This document shows positions 9,037 to 19,088 of a DNA stretch of 48,354 nt, piece after piece (the stretch's first letter is position 1; each line of letters begins with the position of its first letter). A program made the translations under genes and the position numbers. The DNA is from a virus (taxonomy: Duplodnaviria; Caudoviricetes). The notes beneath the pieces were generated by a model. It ran no database searches and was not told the origin of the DNA. It was given only the letters and a program-made list of their open reading frames with translations. The stretch spans positions 1 to 48,354 of the IMG/VR virus record IMGVR_UViG_3300046789_000072, one strand, 5' to 3'.

Positions 9037-11307
9037 TCACTTCCCTGCCGGTGGGGCTGCGCCTGCCGGAGAGGTCCCGCCCATGCCCCGGTACTGGTTG
9101 ACGTTTAGCGGCCCCTTCTTGCCCTTCGGCTTCGGCTTCGGCGCCGGCTCGCCTTCGGTCTTCGGCCCCCTTACGATCACGGTTGCTCCTGTGCGCTCGG
9201 AGCTCGAGGTGGCGCGCGGGGTGCCGTAGCCCACGGCAGCTGCGCCGAGGGGCGGGGCGTTCTTGGCCGCCTCCTCCACCATGCCGTTGATGAGGCCCTG
9301 GGGCATGTCCGGGAAGCTCCGGCGCAAGATCGCCTTGGCCTGCCACGCGCTGGCCTGGGGGGCGACGCTCTGCATGTAGAAGTTCTCGTACACCTGCTGC
9401 GCCATGGACTTGGCCACGATGATCTGCTTCCGACGCTCGCCCACGTTGATGTCTTTGACGACGTCCTCGAGCTGCTTCATGAAGCCCGCGGGGAGCTCGC
9501 CCTCCTCACCGAGGTAACCCCACAGGGTCTCGACGTCGTTCCAGAGACCGGCGCGGAATGACGTCTCCTGGTCCTTGTCCGTCGCTCTGCCGTTGTGAGC
9601 CGCCTTGAGCAGGTCGGTCATCACCTTGCGCTGCTGAAGCGAGCCCGGGTTACTGCGAAGAACAGCGAGGCTGTTGTTCGTGTTGGCGACGGTCTCCTTC
9701 ATCTTCGTGAGCCCCTCGTTCTGGTGGGCGTCGTTCACGATCCTGTCGGCCTGGGCCTGCATCTCCTTCGTGACGTTGAGGAACTCGGTGCGGTCGGCGC
9801 GGTTTTGCGTCTGACCCCTGAACTCCCCGGTCGCGTTGATGCGGATCAGGGACTGCAGGATGTCGAGGTACTTCTTGTCACCCGAAAGGATGAACGACTC
9901 CGCGACGGCCTTGATCTGCTCGTGCTCCTTCTGGGTCGTTCCGAGGCCGGCGATGATCGGCGCAATCTCCTCGCGCCGCTTCTGCATGCGCTTTTCCTGG
10001 ATGGTGGCGAAGTCGCGCGTCGCGAGCTTCTTGCCCGTGCGCCTGTCGTAGATGTCGTGCCCGCCGCTCTGCATCGCGTCACGCAGAGCGCTCGGGGTGA
10101 CGTCCGGCGGCGACTCCGCGAACTCTTTCACGCCCGGGGGCATCTCCACGTTCCACTCGCCCATGCCCTGCGCATCAGGCGGCGCGTTGGGGTCTGCCAC
10201 CGGCCCCGGAGGGACCGCCACGGGGGGCATGCCGTGCACGCGCGCTGCGAAGTTCGCTGCGATGGCGAACGCCGTCGGCGAGAGGCCCATCGTCTTGAGG
10301 GTCTCGATTCGCCTCTGGTAGCTGACCGCCATCTGCGCTTCCGTGGAGATCCGGCTCTGCGACTCCAAGTCCGTCACGGGCTTCATCCGCCTGAGCTGGT
10401 CCTCGGCCTGGGCCAGGTTCGCGGGGGGCATCTTCTGCGACGGCTCGACGTAGGGGTTCTCCTTGTCGGCCTTCGCCGCCTCCTCGGCCGTGGGCGCGGC
10501 CTCCGGAACCGCCGGCACCTTGCCCTCGGTCCTCCCGAGGATGCCGGCCGTGGTCGCAACCTCCGACGCGCCCGTCGTCACCGTAGGCGACGGCATGGGA
10601 GCCGGAGGCACCGCGTTCGGGTCGACTGGCGGCGACGGCATGGGAGCCGGAGGCACGGGAGCCACTCCAGCGGGCGCAGGGGCCCCGCCGACGCGCATCT
10701 CCGACGCTGCGACGGGCGGCACAGTACCAGGCGCGGGCTTCATCTCCGACGCTGCGACGGGCGGCACAGTACCAGGCGCGGGCTTCATCTCCGACGCTGC
10801 GACGGGCGGCACAGTGCCCGCGGGGGCGTCCGGCGAGGGGCCGAGCTCCGCAGTCACCTCGGCTTCCGTCTCCGCGGCGATCTGAGGACCCATCCCCTCT
10901 GGGATGCTGCCCTTGGGCACGATCACCAAGTCGTAGACGCTGCCCGCCATCTCCGCGGCGGTGTCGTAGTCCTCGATCAGGTCCGACTCGGTCCAGGCCT
11001 TGTCGAGGATCGCCATGCCCTCCTCGAGGTCCTCCTGGCGCTTGAACGCCTGGTCGTTCTTCTCCTTCCAGACCTGGTACCGCAACTTGTCTTGCTCGAG
11101 GGCCTGCGCCTGAGCGAACTGGTCGCGCGCCGTCGCGTCGTTTGTGAGCAGGCGCTGCTGCTGCTCGTCGAACTGACGCTTCTGCTCGCGCTCCTGACGA
11201 TGCGCGCGGATCGCGTCCTGCTGACGTGCGGACGTCTGCGAGGCGAGCTGCGCCCAGGGGAGCGCTTCTCCCTCCGGAGCCATGAAATGTTCAGGCGAGA
11301 AAGGCAT
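9037..11307 (-). CDS. Internal virion / ejection protein (756 aa, start MPFSPEH)
   Basis: AAGGAG RBS before 11307; Pro/Ala-rich repeats and coiled coil; gene position. Confidence 0.65.
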   Translation of the reverse strand: MPFSPEHFMAPEGEALPWAQLASQTSARQQDAIRAHRQEREQKRQFDEQQQRLLTNDATARDQFAQAQALEQDKLRYQVWKEKNDQAFKRQEDLEEGMAILDKAWTESDLIEDYDTAAEMAGSVYDLVIVPKGSIPEGMGPQIAAETEAEVTAELGPSPDAPAGTVPPVAASEMKPAPGTVPPVAASEMKPAPGTVPPVAASEMRVGGAPAPAGVAPVPPAPMPSPPVDPNAVPPAPMPSPTVTTGASEVATTAGILGRTEGKVPAVPEAAPTAEEAAKADKENPYVEPSQKMPPANLAQAEDQLRRMKPVTDLESQSRISTEAQMAVSYQRRIETLKTMGLSPTAFAIAANFAARVHGMPPVAVPPGPVADPNAPPDAQGMGEWNVEMPPGVKEFAESPPDVTPSALRDAMQSGGHDIYDRRTGKKLATRDFATIQEKRMQKRREEIAPIIAGLGTTQKEHEQIKAVAESFILSGDKKYLDILQSLIRINATGEFRGQTQNRADRTEFLNVTKEMQAQADRIVNDAHQNEGLTKMKETVANTNNSLAVLRSNPGSLQQRKVMTDLLKAAHNGRATDKDQETSFRAGLWNDVETLWGYLGEEGELPAGFMKQLEDVVKDINVGERRKQIIVAKSMAQQVYENFYMQSVAPQASAWQAKAILRRSFPDMPQGLINGMVEEAAKNAPPLGAAAVGYGTPRATSSSERTGATVIVRGPKTEGEPAPKPKPKGKKGPLNVNQYRGMGGTSPAGAAPPAGK
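10586..10815. repeat. Intragenic 45-bp-period tandem repeats
   Basis: About 2.7 exact copies at 10696-10815 (PAPGTVPPVAASEMK), and 26-bp copies at 10586 and 10631 (VPPAPMPSP). Confidence 0.9.
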
Positions 11308-11317
11308 ATCGACTCCT

Positions 11318-12559
11318 TCAGGGCTTGGCGCCGCCCGCGCCCGCGGCACCAGCAGCACCAGCGCCACCGCCATAAGACTCCTGCAGACTTGCTTGAGCAT
11401 CAGCCAGCTCCTGTCTGCGCCGGTTGGCCTCCTCCTCCTCCAACCGCCGCTTCTCTTCCTGCTGGGCCAGGCTGGTCGCGACCCCGGTCTCGCCCTTGTT
11501 CTGGTCCGCCGTGTTCACCCCGTCGTAGTAGCCCAGGATCCGGTCCGCGATCTTCATGAGCTGCTCCTGCTCGTACTTGAGGCGGTCGAAGCGCGCGCCC
11601 TGGACGCCTTCCGCCGTCTCCATGCCGCCGATGAGACTGTTGAGCTGGTCGACGTCGATGCCGAGCGCCGCCGCGAAGCCTTCGTGCAGGCGGTTGAGCT
11701 CGCTGGTCTGCGCGATGTTGGCGGCAGCCGACGCCGCTTCACCGTACTCGCGCTTCTCGTCCGCCGCGCCGAACGCGAGGTTTCCCATGTTCGTCATCCA
11801 GTCGGCCTTGCCCGCCGTCCCGCTGACCGCCAGGTCTCCCATCGCCTTCGCGCGATCGAGCTGATAGCCAGCCTCGTCCTTCGCTTGCTGCGCGTTCAGG
11901 CGCGTGGACGCCTGGGTGATCTGGTTCATCGCTCCCGTGCTGTTGAACCGGCCGCGGGACGCCGAGGCCTGGTTGAGCTGACGCGCCGAGTCCTGAAAGG
12001 CCAGGTCGTAGTACGGGTCCATGTTGGCGCTGACGCCCTGCATGTTCTTCCACGCCGCGTCGATCATGCCCGGGTCTTTGGACGTGCCTCTCCCGACCAC
12101 GCCCTCCCAGTAGTCCTGCCCGTAGGTGCCGCCCTGCGAGCCGCGATAGAGGTCGTCGGCCACGGCGCCGGCCACGCCCTCGGCCTTGCCCGGCGTGCTG
12201 TAGGCGCCCGCATTCTGATCCCAAAAGTCCTGCTGCTGGCCGGGCTCGAAGAAGCCGCCGCCATACGCGTCGAAGGCCTGCTCGTACACGCCGGGCGTCG
12301 CCAGGTCCTTACCCGTCGGAGCCCCCGCAAGCCCGAGCGGGTTCGCGTTGGGCGCGTTCTCAGGCAGGGCCGCCTTCGCCTTCGCGTCCGCCGCTGCCTT
12401 CGCCGCCGCCTCCTCAGCCGCCTTCTTGTCCGCCAGCTCCTTCGTCTTGGCGGGGTTCTCCAGACCCCCGGCGGTGGTCCCGCCGATCGACGGGTTGCCC
12501 CAGCCTTCGCCGTACTTGCCCCAATCGATGGTCGTTCCGCCAGCGCTTCCGATTGCCAT
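11318..12559 (-). CDS. DNA transfer / ejection protein
   Basis: DPYY...LNQASASRGRFNSTGAM motif typical of podovirus pilot proteins; gene position. Confidence 0.7.
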   Translation of the reverse strand: MAIGSAGGTTIDWGKYGEGWGNPSIGGTTAGGLENPAKTKELADKKAAEEAAAKAAADAKAKAALPENAPNANPLGLAGAPTGKDLATPGVYEQAFDAYGGGFFEPGQQQDFWDQNAGAYSTPGKAEGVAGAVADDLYRGSQGGTYGQDYWEGVVGRGTSKDPGMIDAAWKNMQGVSANMDPYYDLAFQDSARQLNQASASRGRFNSTGAMNQITQASTRLNAQQAKDEAGYQLDRAKAMGDLAVSGTAGKADWMTNMGNLAFGAADEKREYGEAASAAANIAQTSELNRLHEGFAAALGIDVDQLNSLIGGMETAEGVQGARFDRLKYEQEQLMKIADRILGYYDGVNTADQNKGETGVATSLAQQEEKRRLEEEEANRRRQELADAQASLQESYGGGAGAAGAAGAGGAKP

Positions 12560-12570
12560 GGCTTACTCCT

Positions 12571-13230
12571 TCACCGCGCCTGGGGTCGCTTGGGGGGCTT
12601 GCCCCCCTCGGGCTTCTCGAGATCCGTGGTGTACTTGCCCGTGCTCTTGGAGGGGCCTGCGGCCGCGGGCGCGCCCTCGCTCGGGGGCGCCTGCGTACTC
12701 CTGTTACCGCTGCCCCTCGCCTGGTTGTCGTACTGGGAGGGCGACCACGACCCCTGAGGCGCCGCTGCTGCCGGCGCCGGCCCGCTCGCAGGCCCCCACG
12801 GCGTCTTCTCCAGGTCGAACCCGGAGCTCGGCCCGTACGCCTCCTTCAGCCAGTTGTTGGCCGGCGAGTAGGACAGCTTCACGTTGTTGTGGGCGGCCAC
12901 GCGCGCCTGGTAGCGCTCCTGCGCGAGCTGCTTCTTCGCCTTCTCCCACGCCTGCTGCTTCTTGCGCTCCCGCCGCGCCTTTCGCTTCCCCCGAACGCCG
13001 CCCGCGATCGCTCCGCCGATGGTGCCCAAGGCGGCGCCGATGGCCGTTCCCCAGGGACCAATGAACGAGCCAGCAGACGCTCCGATGGCAGCCCCCGAAG
13101 CGGCTCCCTTGGCAGCAGCGGAGGCGCCCGACCTGGCGCCTTCCCTGCGGATGTCGCCCTCGCTGGTGGAATTGCCGGACGGGCTGTAGCCGACCATGCC
13201 GTCTTCGCCGCCGTACTGATCGACTCCCAT
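12571..13230 (-). CDS. Glycine-zipper pilot / ejection protein
   Basis: GAASGAAIGAS...GPWGTAIGAALGTIGG followed by a basic helix. Confidence 0.7.
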   Translation of the reverse strand: MGVDQYGGEDGMVGYSPSGNSTSEGDIRREGARSGASAAAKGAASGAAIGASAGSFIGPWGTAIGAALGTIGGAIAGGVRGKRKARRERKKQQAWEKAKKQLAQERYQARVAAHNNVKLSYSPANNWLKEAYGPSSGFDLEKTPWGPASGPAPAAAAPQGSWSPSQYDNQARGSGNRSTQAPPSEGAPAAAGPSKSTGKYTTDLEKPEGGKPPKRPQAR

Positions 13231-13232
13231 GG

Positions 13233-14681
13233 TCAGCCCTCCTCCTCGAGCTCGAACTCTTCGCTGGCGCTGGCCAGAGCGAACTCGCTATCGCCGTCGA
13301 AGTCCAGTCTCCACTGCCGCCGCCTGTACGTCCCCAGGCTTCGTAATAGCACCACCGGGTGACGGTCTCCCGGCTCGCCCAGGCCAATCTCGAGCCCCGG
13401 CGACCACTCCCCCTCGTCGTCGCGCCAGCTCAGGATCGCCGTGGGCTCCGGCCCCGACGTGACTGCGCCCCGTCGGAACGCGAGCCGCACGGCCAGGGCG
13501 TGCTTGATGGCGTCCGTGCCGCGGTTCAAAAACCCGGTGAACGCCCGCACGGGGATGGTGCGCCCGAGGTCGGTGTGCACGTTGTGGTCGAACAGCCCGA
13601 CGCGCCCGTCCGCCATGCCCAGGATGTTCTGTCCGGTCAGGGGGTGGGTGGCGGCGCACCGCACGCCGAGCCGGGCGAACGTCGCCGAGACCTCGTTCCA
13701 GCCCGTCCACTGGGACCAGGAGCCGTTGGCGAAGGCGAAGCTGCGCCCGTCGGTGGGAAACGTCCACACGGCCACGTCCACGGGCCCGAGCACGAGCCGG
13801 TAGCCGAACACGTCGCTGACCATCTCGATGTCGTCGAGCGTCTTCTGGATCATCGCGGAGGCGACCTCCACCTGGCGGCCGTCGGAGATCACGAAGCGCC
13901 GCCGGTGATCGAGCCACATCAGCTTGTCGTCCAGGCGCACGACGGAGTAGGGCGCGCCGCAGCCGTACTCGCGCGACGACACCGTGGCGTACACGACGTC
14001 GGGATTGTCGTCATGCGTATGCATCTGCATGAACGTCGCGCCGAACATGAACACTTCGTTCCCGTTCTCCGCAAGCGCGAGCACAGGGTCCGGGCGCGAC
14101 CCGCCCGTGTAATCACCCGCCTCGCCTGCGTTCCAGGTCTCGTGGCCCGCGATGGACGAGCCAGCGGCGAGGTCGGAGTAGTTGACGCGGTTCAGGTTGC
14201 CGATGACGTTGTTCACGAGCAAGCGGCTCGTGTTCGCCACGATGTGCGAGCAGGCCGGAGGATTGCCGCCGAGGCGCGAGCTCTGGTCGGTGGCGATGAG
14301 GATCTTCTGCGCCAGGCTCCCCGCGGTGACAGCCACCATTGCCTCGGTCTCTGCCCACACGGGCCGGCCCTCTCCGATCAGCCGAGCCTCGTCCGACCCA
14401 GACAGGTCCGCAACCATGCCGCCGGCCACACGGTAGAGCTTGCGGATGGGTGCCGAGCCGCCAGCCAGGTACACCTTGCCGCCCACCGTGATGTGCACGC
14501 CGTCGAGCCCGTCCGGGTCCACGGGGAGCGAGGGGGCGCCCGGGTAGAGAGAGATGCCAGGCCGCCGCCGCACGGCGCCCGACTGGTCGACCACGACGTT
14601 TGTCGCGAGCTGGATGCTCGAGGACAGCGCGTCGAGACCGCTCTGCTGGTTGGGACCAAACGGGATGGGCTGGATCGGCAT
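13233..14681 (-). CDS. Tail nozzle / packaged-DNA stabilisation protein (P22 gp10-like, 482 aa)
   Basis: RRRPG near the N-terminus, YGCGAPYSV, and C-terminal LSWRDD.G.WS...LGTYRRR; propeller-like size. Confidence 0.8.
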   Translation of the reverse strand: MPIQPIPFGPNQQSGLDALSSSIQLATNVVVDQSGAVRRRPGISLYPGAPSLPVDPDGLDGVHITVGGKVYLAGGSAPIRKLYRVAGGMVADLSGSDEARLIGEGRPVWAETEAMVAVTAGSLAQKILIATDQSSRLGGNPPACSHIVANTSRLLVNNVIGNLNRVNYSDLAAGSSIAGHETWNAGEAGDYTGGSRPDPVLALAENGNEVFMFGATFMQMHTHDDNPDVVYATVSSREYGCGAPYSVVRLDDKLMWLDHRRRFVISDGRQVEVASAMIQKTLDDIEMVSDVFGYRLVLGPVDVAVWTFPTDGRSFAFANGSWSQWTGWNEVSATFARLGVRCAATHPLTGQNILGMADGRVGLFDHNVHTDLGRTIPVRAFTGFLNRGTDAIKHALAVRLAFRRGAVTSGPEPTAILSWRDDEGEWSPGLEIGLGEPGDRHPVVLLRSLGTYRRRQWRLDFDGDSEFALASASEEFELEEEG

Positions 14682-14683
14682 GG

Positions 14684-16384
14684 TTACACCGGGTATCCCG
14701 AGTCGGTGCCCGTGGTCAGGATGCCGCTCGTGCCGACCATGAACCACGCCGAGAAGTTGGTGATGCCGTTGTTGAGGACCGCGCGCACGAACTCGAGGCC
14801 AATCATCTTGCCCGCGCCGATCACGAACGTGCCGCCGCGAATGCCGCTGCCGAAGGTGAGCGTTCGACTCGCTACGTCGCCATTCCACACGAGCACCCGG
14901 GCACGGGCGCCGAGGGGCGCGTTGAGATCGAGGTCGATGGTGAAGTTGCTCGTGCCGGTAAAGCGCACGGTGTAGATGCCGTGCTGATCCGTGGTGAGGA
15001 TGCTGATGGGCGTGGCCGCAGTGACGATCGATCTGGCGCGAGACTCGCGCGTGCCGAGCCTGCAGTAGTAGCCCGCCGCTGTACCGTACGCGCCGCCGTA
15101 CAACCTCGAGCCGCTGTTCAGACCCGTCAAGAAGTTCCCGTCCTCCGTGAACCACTCGGTCGCCAGGCTGGGGGAGAGGCTCATGCAGATGATGGGCCGT
15201 GCAGCGGAGTCGATGAACTCGCAGCACCGGACAGATCCGTAGGTGCCGCCGCCGGCTAAGACGGGTGACACGACGACCGCGTTCGAGACGCCCGCCAGGG
15301 ACCCGTCGTAGACGCACCCGAGCAGGTGAAGCCCCGCGCCGCGCAGAATGCCGAGCACGACGGTGGCCGTGGCACGCATCACGAACCGGCACCGCCGCAC
15401 GTCCGTGCGCTGGTCGTGAAGTCCGCCGCCCGTAACGATGGCGGCGCCCGCCCCGGTGATGTCGAAGTCACAGTCGTCAACCCCGAGGGCCACGCCGCTC
15501 TCGGTCAAGATGGCCGCGTCGGACCGCACGGCGAACCAGCAGCTCTTCACCGTGACCCGGTAGCCGTTCTTGATGAAGAGCGTGACCTTCCCCGCCGGCA
15601 GCGTGTGCGAGAAGCTCAGCCCCTGAATGGTCTGCGCCACGGGCGAGCCCAGCGGCGGCGTCGGGAAGGGAACGCTGGCGGGAGAGGGGATGCAGACGAC
15701 CGGATCCACAATGGACGGCGACTGGATCTTCGACGCCGCAGCGCCCGAGCCCACCAAGCTCACGCCTCCAGGCACGTTCAGGGACACCGTGTCGAGCAAG
15801 TACGTGCCGGCCGGAAAGAACACCGTGCCTCCACCCTCCAGGTACGCCGCGTCGATCGCGGCCTGGATGGCCGGTCGGTCGTTCGCCACGCCGTTGCCGA
15901 TGGCGCCGTACAGCGGGCTTTTCACGTTCTTGTAGATGGGCAGCAGCGAGTTGAGCGCGGCCTGGAGCGTGACCTCCGACCCGTTCGGCAGCTTCACGTG
16001 GAAGTCCTCCGCGCCGAAGCTCGTGAGCAGCCGGTCGAACACGGAGGCCAGCGTGGTGGGCTTGTTCGGTCCGCCCACGCCGGTCTCGTAGTCGGCGCCG
16101 GTGAACGACGGGGAGATGACTTCGACGCACGCCGCGGTGGACGACTCGATCCAGCGCCGGATGAGCTGGTCGTTCTCCCCGTACACGAGCACGTCGACGG
16201 TGACGTTCGTGTAGACGACGGCGCCGCCGTTCTGGTCGAGCTGCACGTCGGAGAGGTCGACAGCCTCAAGGCCCTCGAAGTCGTGGAAGCAGCGCGCGCG
16301 CTTGGTCGAGCCGCGCACGAGGATCGTCGCGTACCCGTTCTCTGCGCCAACCACGCCTGCCGCCAGTGTTCCGATGAGTTGCAT
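14684..16384 (-). CDS. Tailspike 2 (pectate-lyase-like beta-helix)
   Basis: NVK..YGAIGNGVANDRPAIQAAID...GGGTVFFPAGTY. Confidence 0.85.
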   Translation of the reverse strand: MQLIGTLAAGVVGAENGYATILVRGSTKRARCFHDFEGLEAVDLSDVQLDQNGGAVVYTNVTVDVLVYGENDQLIRRWIESSTAACVEVISPSFTGADYETGVGGPNKPTTLASVFDRLLTSFGAEDFHVKLPNGSEVTLQAALNSLLPIYKNVKSPLYGAIGNGVANDRPAIQAAIDAAYLEGGGTVFFPAGTYLLDTVSLNVPGGVSLVGSGAAASKIQSPSIVDPVVCIPSPASVPFPTPPLGSPVAQTIQGLSFSHTLPAGKVTLFIKNGYRVTVKSCWFAVRSDAAILTESGVALGVDDCDFDITGAGAAIVTGGGLHDQRTDVRRCRFVMRATATVVLGILRGAGLHLLGCVYDGSLAGVSNAVVVSPVLAGGGTYGSVRCCEFIDSAARPIICMSLSPSLATEWFTEDGNFLTGLNSGSRLYGGAYGTAAGYYCRLGTRESRARSIVTAATPISILTTDQHGIYTVRFTGTSNFTIDLDLNAPLGARARVLVWNGDVASRTLTFGSGIRGGTFVIGAGKMIGLEFVRAVLNNGITNFSAWFMVGTSGILTTGTDSGYPV

Positions 16385-16391
16385 GGTTTCC

Positions 16392-18170
16392 TCAGAAGAG
16401 AAGGTACGCTTCCCGCTCTTGCAGGTTGACGCTCGCCGGGCCGCCCGCGACGCCCAGGGTGTGCAGCCTCGAGATGGTGCCCGCGACGGGCGCGGTGGCG
16501 GGCATGCGCGCCGACATCAGCCGGATGCCGAACACGCTGTTCGCCCGGAAGTTCCAGCGCGGCACGACGCTGTTGCGGAACCGGTTCTCGCTCAGGTTGA
16601 ACCCGTCCTGCACCAAGCAGTGGTAGAGGATGTCGATGGTGCGCCCGAGGTTCATGTTGTTCGAGTAGGTGCTCGTGTCGGCCGCCCCGATGACCACGCT
16701 GCTCTCCGGGGCTCCCACACCGCCGGGCACGCTGTTGGAGACGGTGAACACGCCGTACTGGGAGACGTCGGGGAGGATCGGATGGTTCAGGCCGCTGTTG
16801 GTGGCTACGAGGTCGTTCGTCACGGGGGAATGCCGCGCCTCGACCGTCTTGAGTCTGGAGTAGTAGCCGTCTCCGCCGTTGTCCACGAGCGTGTAGAGGC
16901 GGAAGGGGGTGGACGGATCGAGCAGCGAGCAGTCCTCGAAGATGCGCTCGTACGAGTCGAAGAGGGCGCTGGCGAACAGCAGCGTGGCCGTGCCGCTGCT
17001 CATGCTCATGGAGGTCACCGAGCAGCCGTCCACCCAGCCGTGCACGTTGCCGGCGAGGCGGATGCACTCCACGTCACCCGACGGGATGCTGCCCAGGGGG
17101 AAATGGCAGCCTTCCATGTGCAGGCGCGAGATGCCCACGAGGGGCGTGTTCGCATCGCGCGTGGAGAGGGGGGTGAACACGCAGTTGTCGATGTTGGCAC
17201 GCTGGACGCCGCCGCCCGGCACGAGCGTGTTGAGCGTGTTGATGGCGGAGGTCGTGGGAGCCATCACCAGGAAAGTGCACCCCGACACGCGCGCCGCCTG
17301 CAGGGCGTCGATGTGCATGAGGTTACCCACGTTGAACTCGCCGTCGAAGTTGCAGTCGGACACAACCAGGCTGCCGCTCACCATCTCGATGATGGGCTTG
17401 TCGCTGTAAGCAGAGCCCGTGACCTCGTGCTTGAACGAGAGGCACGACACGGTGTGCGCCTGGGCAAGCGCCGCGGGGTCGTCGCCGCCGAACGTGTAGA
17501 TGCCCGGCACGTCGCCCGTCACCACGATCTTCGCGCTGGCGGCGTTGTCGCCGGTGAGCGATACGCTCCCATAGAGCGCGAGGGTGCCGGAGATGCGGTA
17601 CGTGCCAGGGGGCAGGTACACAACCCCGCCGCCGGCAGCCTGCGCGGCATCAATCGCGACCTGGATGGGGCCGACGTCGTCCACCGTGTCGTCGCCTCGC
17701 GCCCCGAACGCGCGCGCGTTGAACAGGGGGCCCGTCGCGTCGCCCACCGCCACGTAGACCGGCAGCGACTCGGAGTCGACGAGCACGTTCCAGTCGACCG
17801 CGCCGAAGCTCCCGAGGGCACGCCCGAGCGCCTCCGCCAGGGTCGTACGCTCGCCGACCGCGCTCACACCCGTCTCGTAGTCCACGCCCGTGAACGCGTC
17901 GCTCTCGACGACCACCGCGCCGTCCGCGCGCCCGTCCGTCCACTCGCGCACCACCGCGGCGTAGGCGTCGTGCACGGTGACGTCCACCAGGCGGTCGACG
18001 TACAGCGCCACGGAGCCGAGCGCATCGAGGCGGATGGCCCCGTAGCGACGCACCTTGCCGCTGGCGTCGGCGTACACGGGTGCAGGCGTATTGGTGCCGC
18101 GCTCGTAGCAGAACACCGTGCCGTTTTTGGCACCGCGCACGCCGGTCATCAGCGGGGTGATCAGGTGCAT
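16392..18170 (-). CDS. Tailspike 1 (pectate-lyase-like beta-helix, 592 aa)
   Basis: NARAFGARGDDTVDD..PIQVAID...GGGVVYLPPGTY; N-terminus paralogous to tailspike 2. Confidence 0.85.
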   Translation of the reverse strand: MHLITPLMTGVRGAKNGTVFCYERGTNTPAPVYADASGKVRRYGAIRLDALGSVALYVDRLVDVTVHDAYAAVVREWTDGRADGAVVVESDAFTGVDYETGVSAVGERTTLAEALGRALGSFGAVDWNVLVDSESLPVYVAVGDATGPLFNARAFGARGDDTVDDVGPIQVAIDAAQAAGGGVVYLPPGTYRISGTLALYGSVSLTGDNAASAKIVVTGDVPGIYTFGGDDPAALAQAHTVSCLSFKHEVTGSAYSDKPIIEMVSGSLVVSDCNFDGEFNVGNLMHIDALQAARVSGCTFLVMAPTTSAINTLNTLVPGGGVQRANIDNCVFTPLSTRDANTPLVGISRLHMEGCHFPLGSIPSGDVECIRLAGNVHGWVDGCSVTSMSMSSGTATLLFASALFDSYERIFEDCSLLDPSTPFRLYTLVDNGGDGYYSRLKTVEARHSPVTNDLVATNSGLNHPILPDVSQYGVFTVSNSVPGGVGAPESSVVIGAADTSTYSNNMNLGRTIDILYHCLVQDGFNLSENRFRNSVVPRWNFRANSVFGIRLMSARMPATAPVAGTISRLHTLGVAGGPASVNLQEREAYLLF

Positions 18171-18487
18171 TACTTGCGCTGTCCCTTCCGACGCAGCTCT
18201 CGATCGCGCTTGAACGCTTTCCACGCCCTCTCGCTCTCCTCGGCGCTCGGGAGCGTCATGCTGCCGTGCTGGATTTCGGGCATCGGCGGCTTCCAGCTCT
18301 CGTCCCACGGGTCGACGATGTTGGACATCGGAGGCACGTACTCATCCGTCTCCGGGGCGACCCCCGTGAGCTCAGCCTCTTCTTCGGGGTTCAGGTCACC
18401 GCCGTTGAGGAGCTGCACGAGCTGCTTGATCACATGCGGCGGCAGACCGCCCGTCAAGCCCTCGCCTTTCTTCTTCGTGGACGACAT
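18170..18487 (-). CDS. Hypothetical protein (105 aa)
   Basis: GAGGAG RBS; coupled to tailspike 1. Confidence 0.6.
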   Translation of the reverse strand: MSSTKKKGEGLTGGLPPHVIKQLVQLLNGGDLNPEEEAELTGVAPETDEYVPPMSNIVDPWDESWKPPMPEIQHGSMTLPSAEESERAWKAFKRDRELRRKGQRK

Positions 18488-18498
18488 GGCTCGTCTCC

Positions 18499-19077
18499 TC
18501 ACTCACCACTCAGCTTCAGCCACCAGGGCACGTCTTCCTTGCGGAGCTTACGGAGCCTGCGCTCCTCATCCATGCTGCGATACCACCAGGGCTTGTCCTC
18601 CAGGCCCTTTACCTTCTCCTCGTCCGTCGGCTCGCCCCATGGGAAGTTCGCGTCCTCGTCCGGATAACGGCCGCGAAATGGGCGGTCGGGGTCGGGCTCG
18701 GGTTCGGGGGCTGGGGCTGGGGGCTGGTTTTGGGGCTCATCGGACCCGAAGATCGTGTCGTACGCCTGCTCCAGCCAGCCGGGCTCGGCGAACGGCTGGG
18801 CCCCTCCGGTGCGCATCGTGCCATCGGGGTCCGTTCTGACGCGGTTGAAGGCGTCCTGCGGCTCAGCACCCCCGGCCTGGAGGTAGCCGTCGGGGCCCAT
18901 TTTGGCGCGGTAGAAGGCGTCCTGCGGCTCAGCACCCCCGGCGACGAGCGTGCCGTCGGGAAGCTGCCTGGCGCGAGGGCGAGCGGCGTTCTGCTCGGGC
19001 GAGAAGGTCTGGCCTTCCTTTTCGCAGTCGCAGTCCTTCTTCTTCTTCGGCGGCGAGTTCTTCTTCGGCGGTGCCAT
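18499..19077 (-). CDS. Hypothetical protein with three 22-aa repeats
   Basis: PDG...AGGAEPQDAF repeats; exact 30-bp copies at 18847 and 18913. Confidence 0.65.
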   Translation of the reverse strand: MAPPKKNSPPKKKKDCDCEKEGQTFSPEQNAARPRARQLPDGTLVAGGAEPQDAFYRAKMGPDGYLQAGGAEPQDAFNRVRTDPDGTMRTGGAQPFAEPGWLEQAYDTIFGSDEPQNQPPAPAPEPEPDPDRPFRGRYPDEDANFPWGEPTDEEKVKGLEDKPWWYRSMDEERRLRKLRKEDVPWWLKLSGE

Positions 19078-19088
19078 GGTTCACCCTT

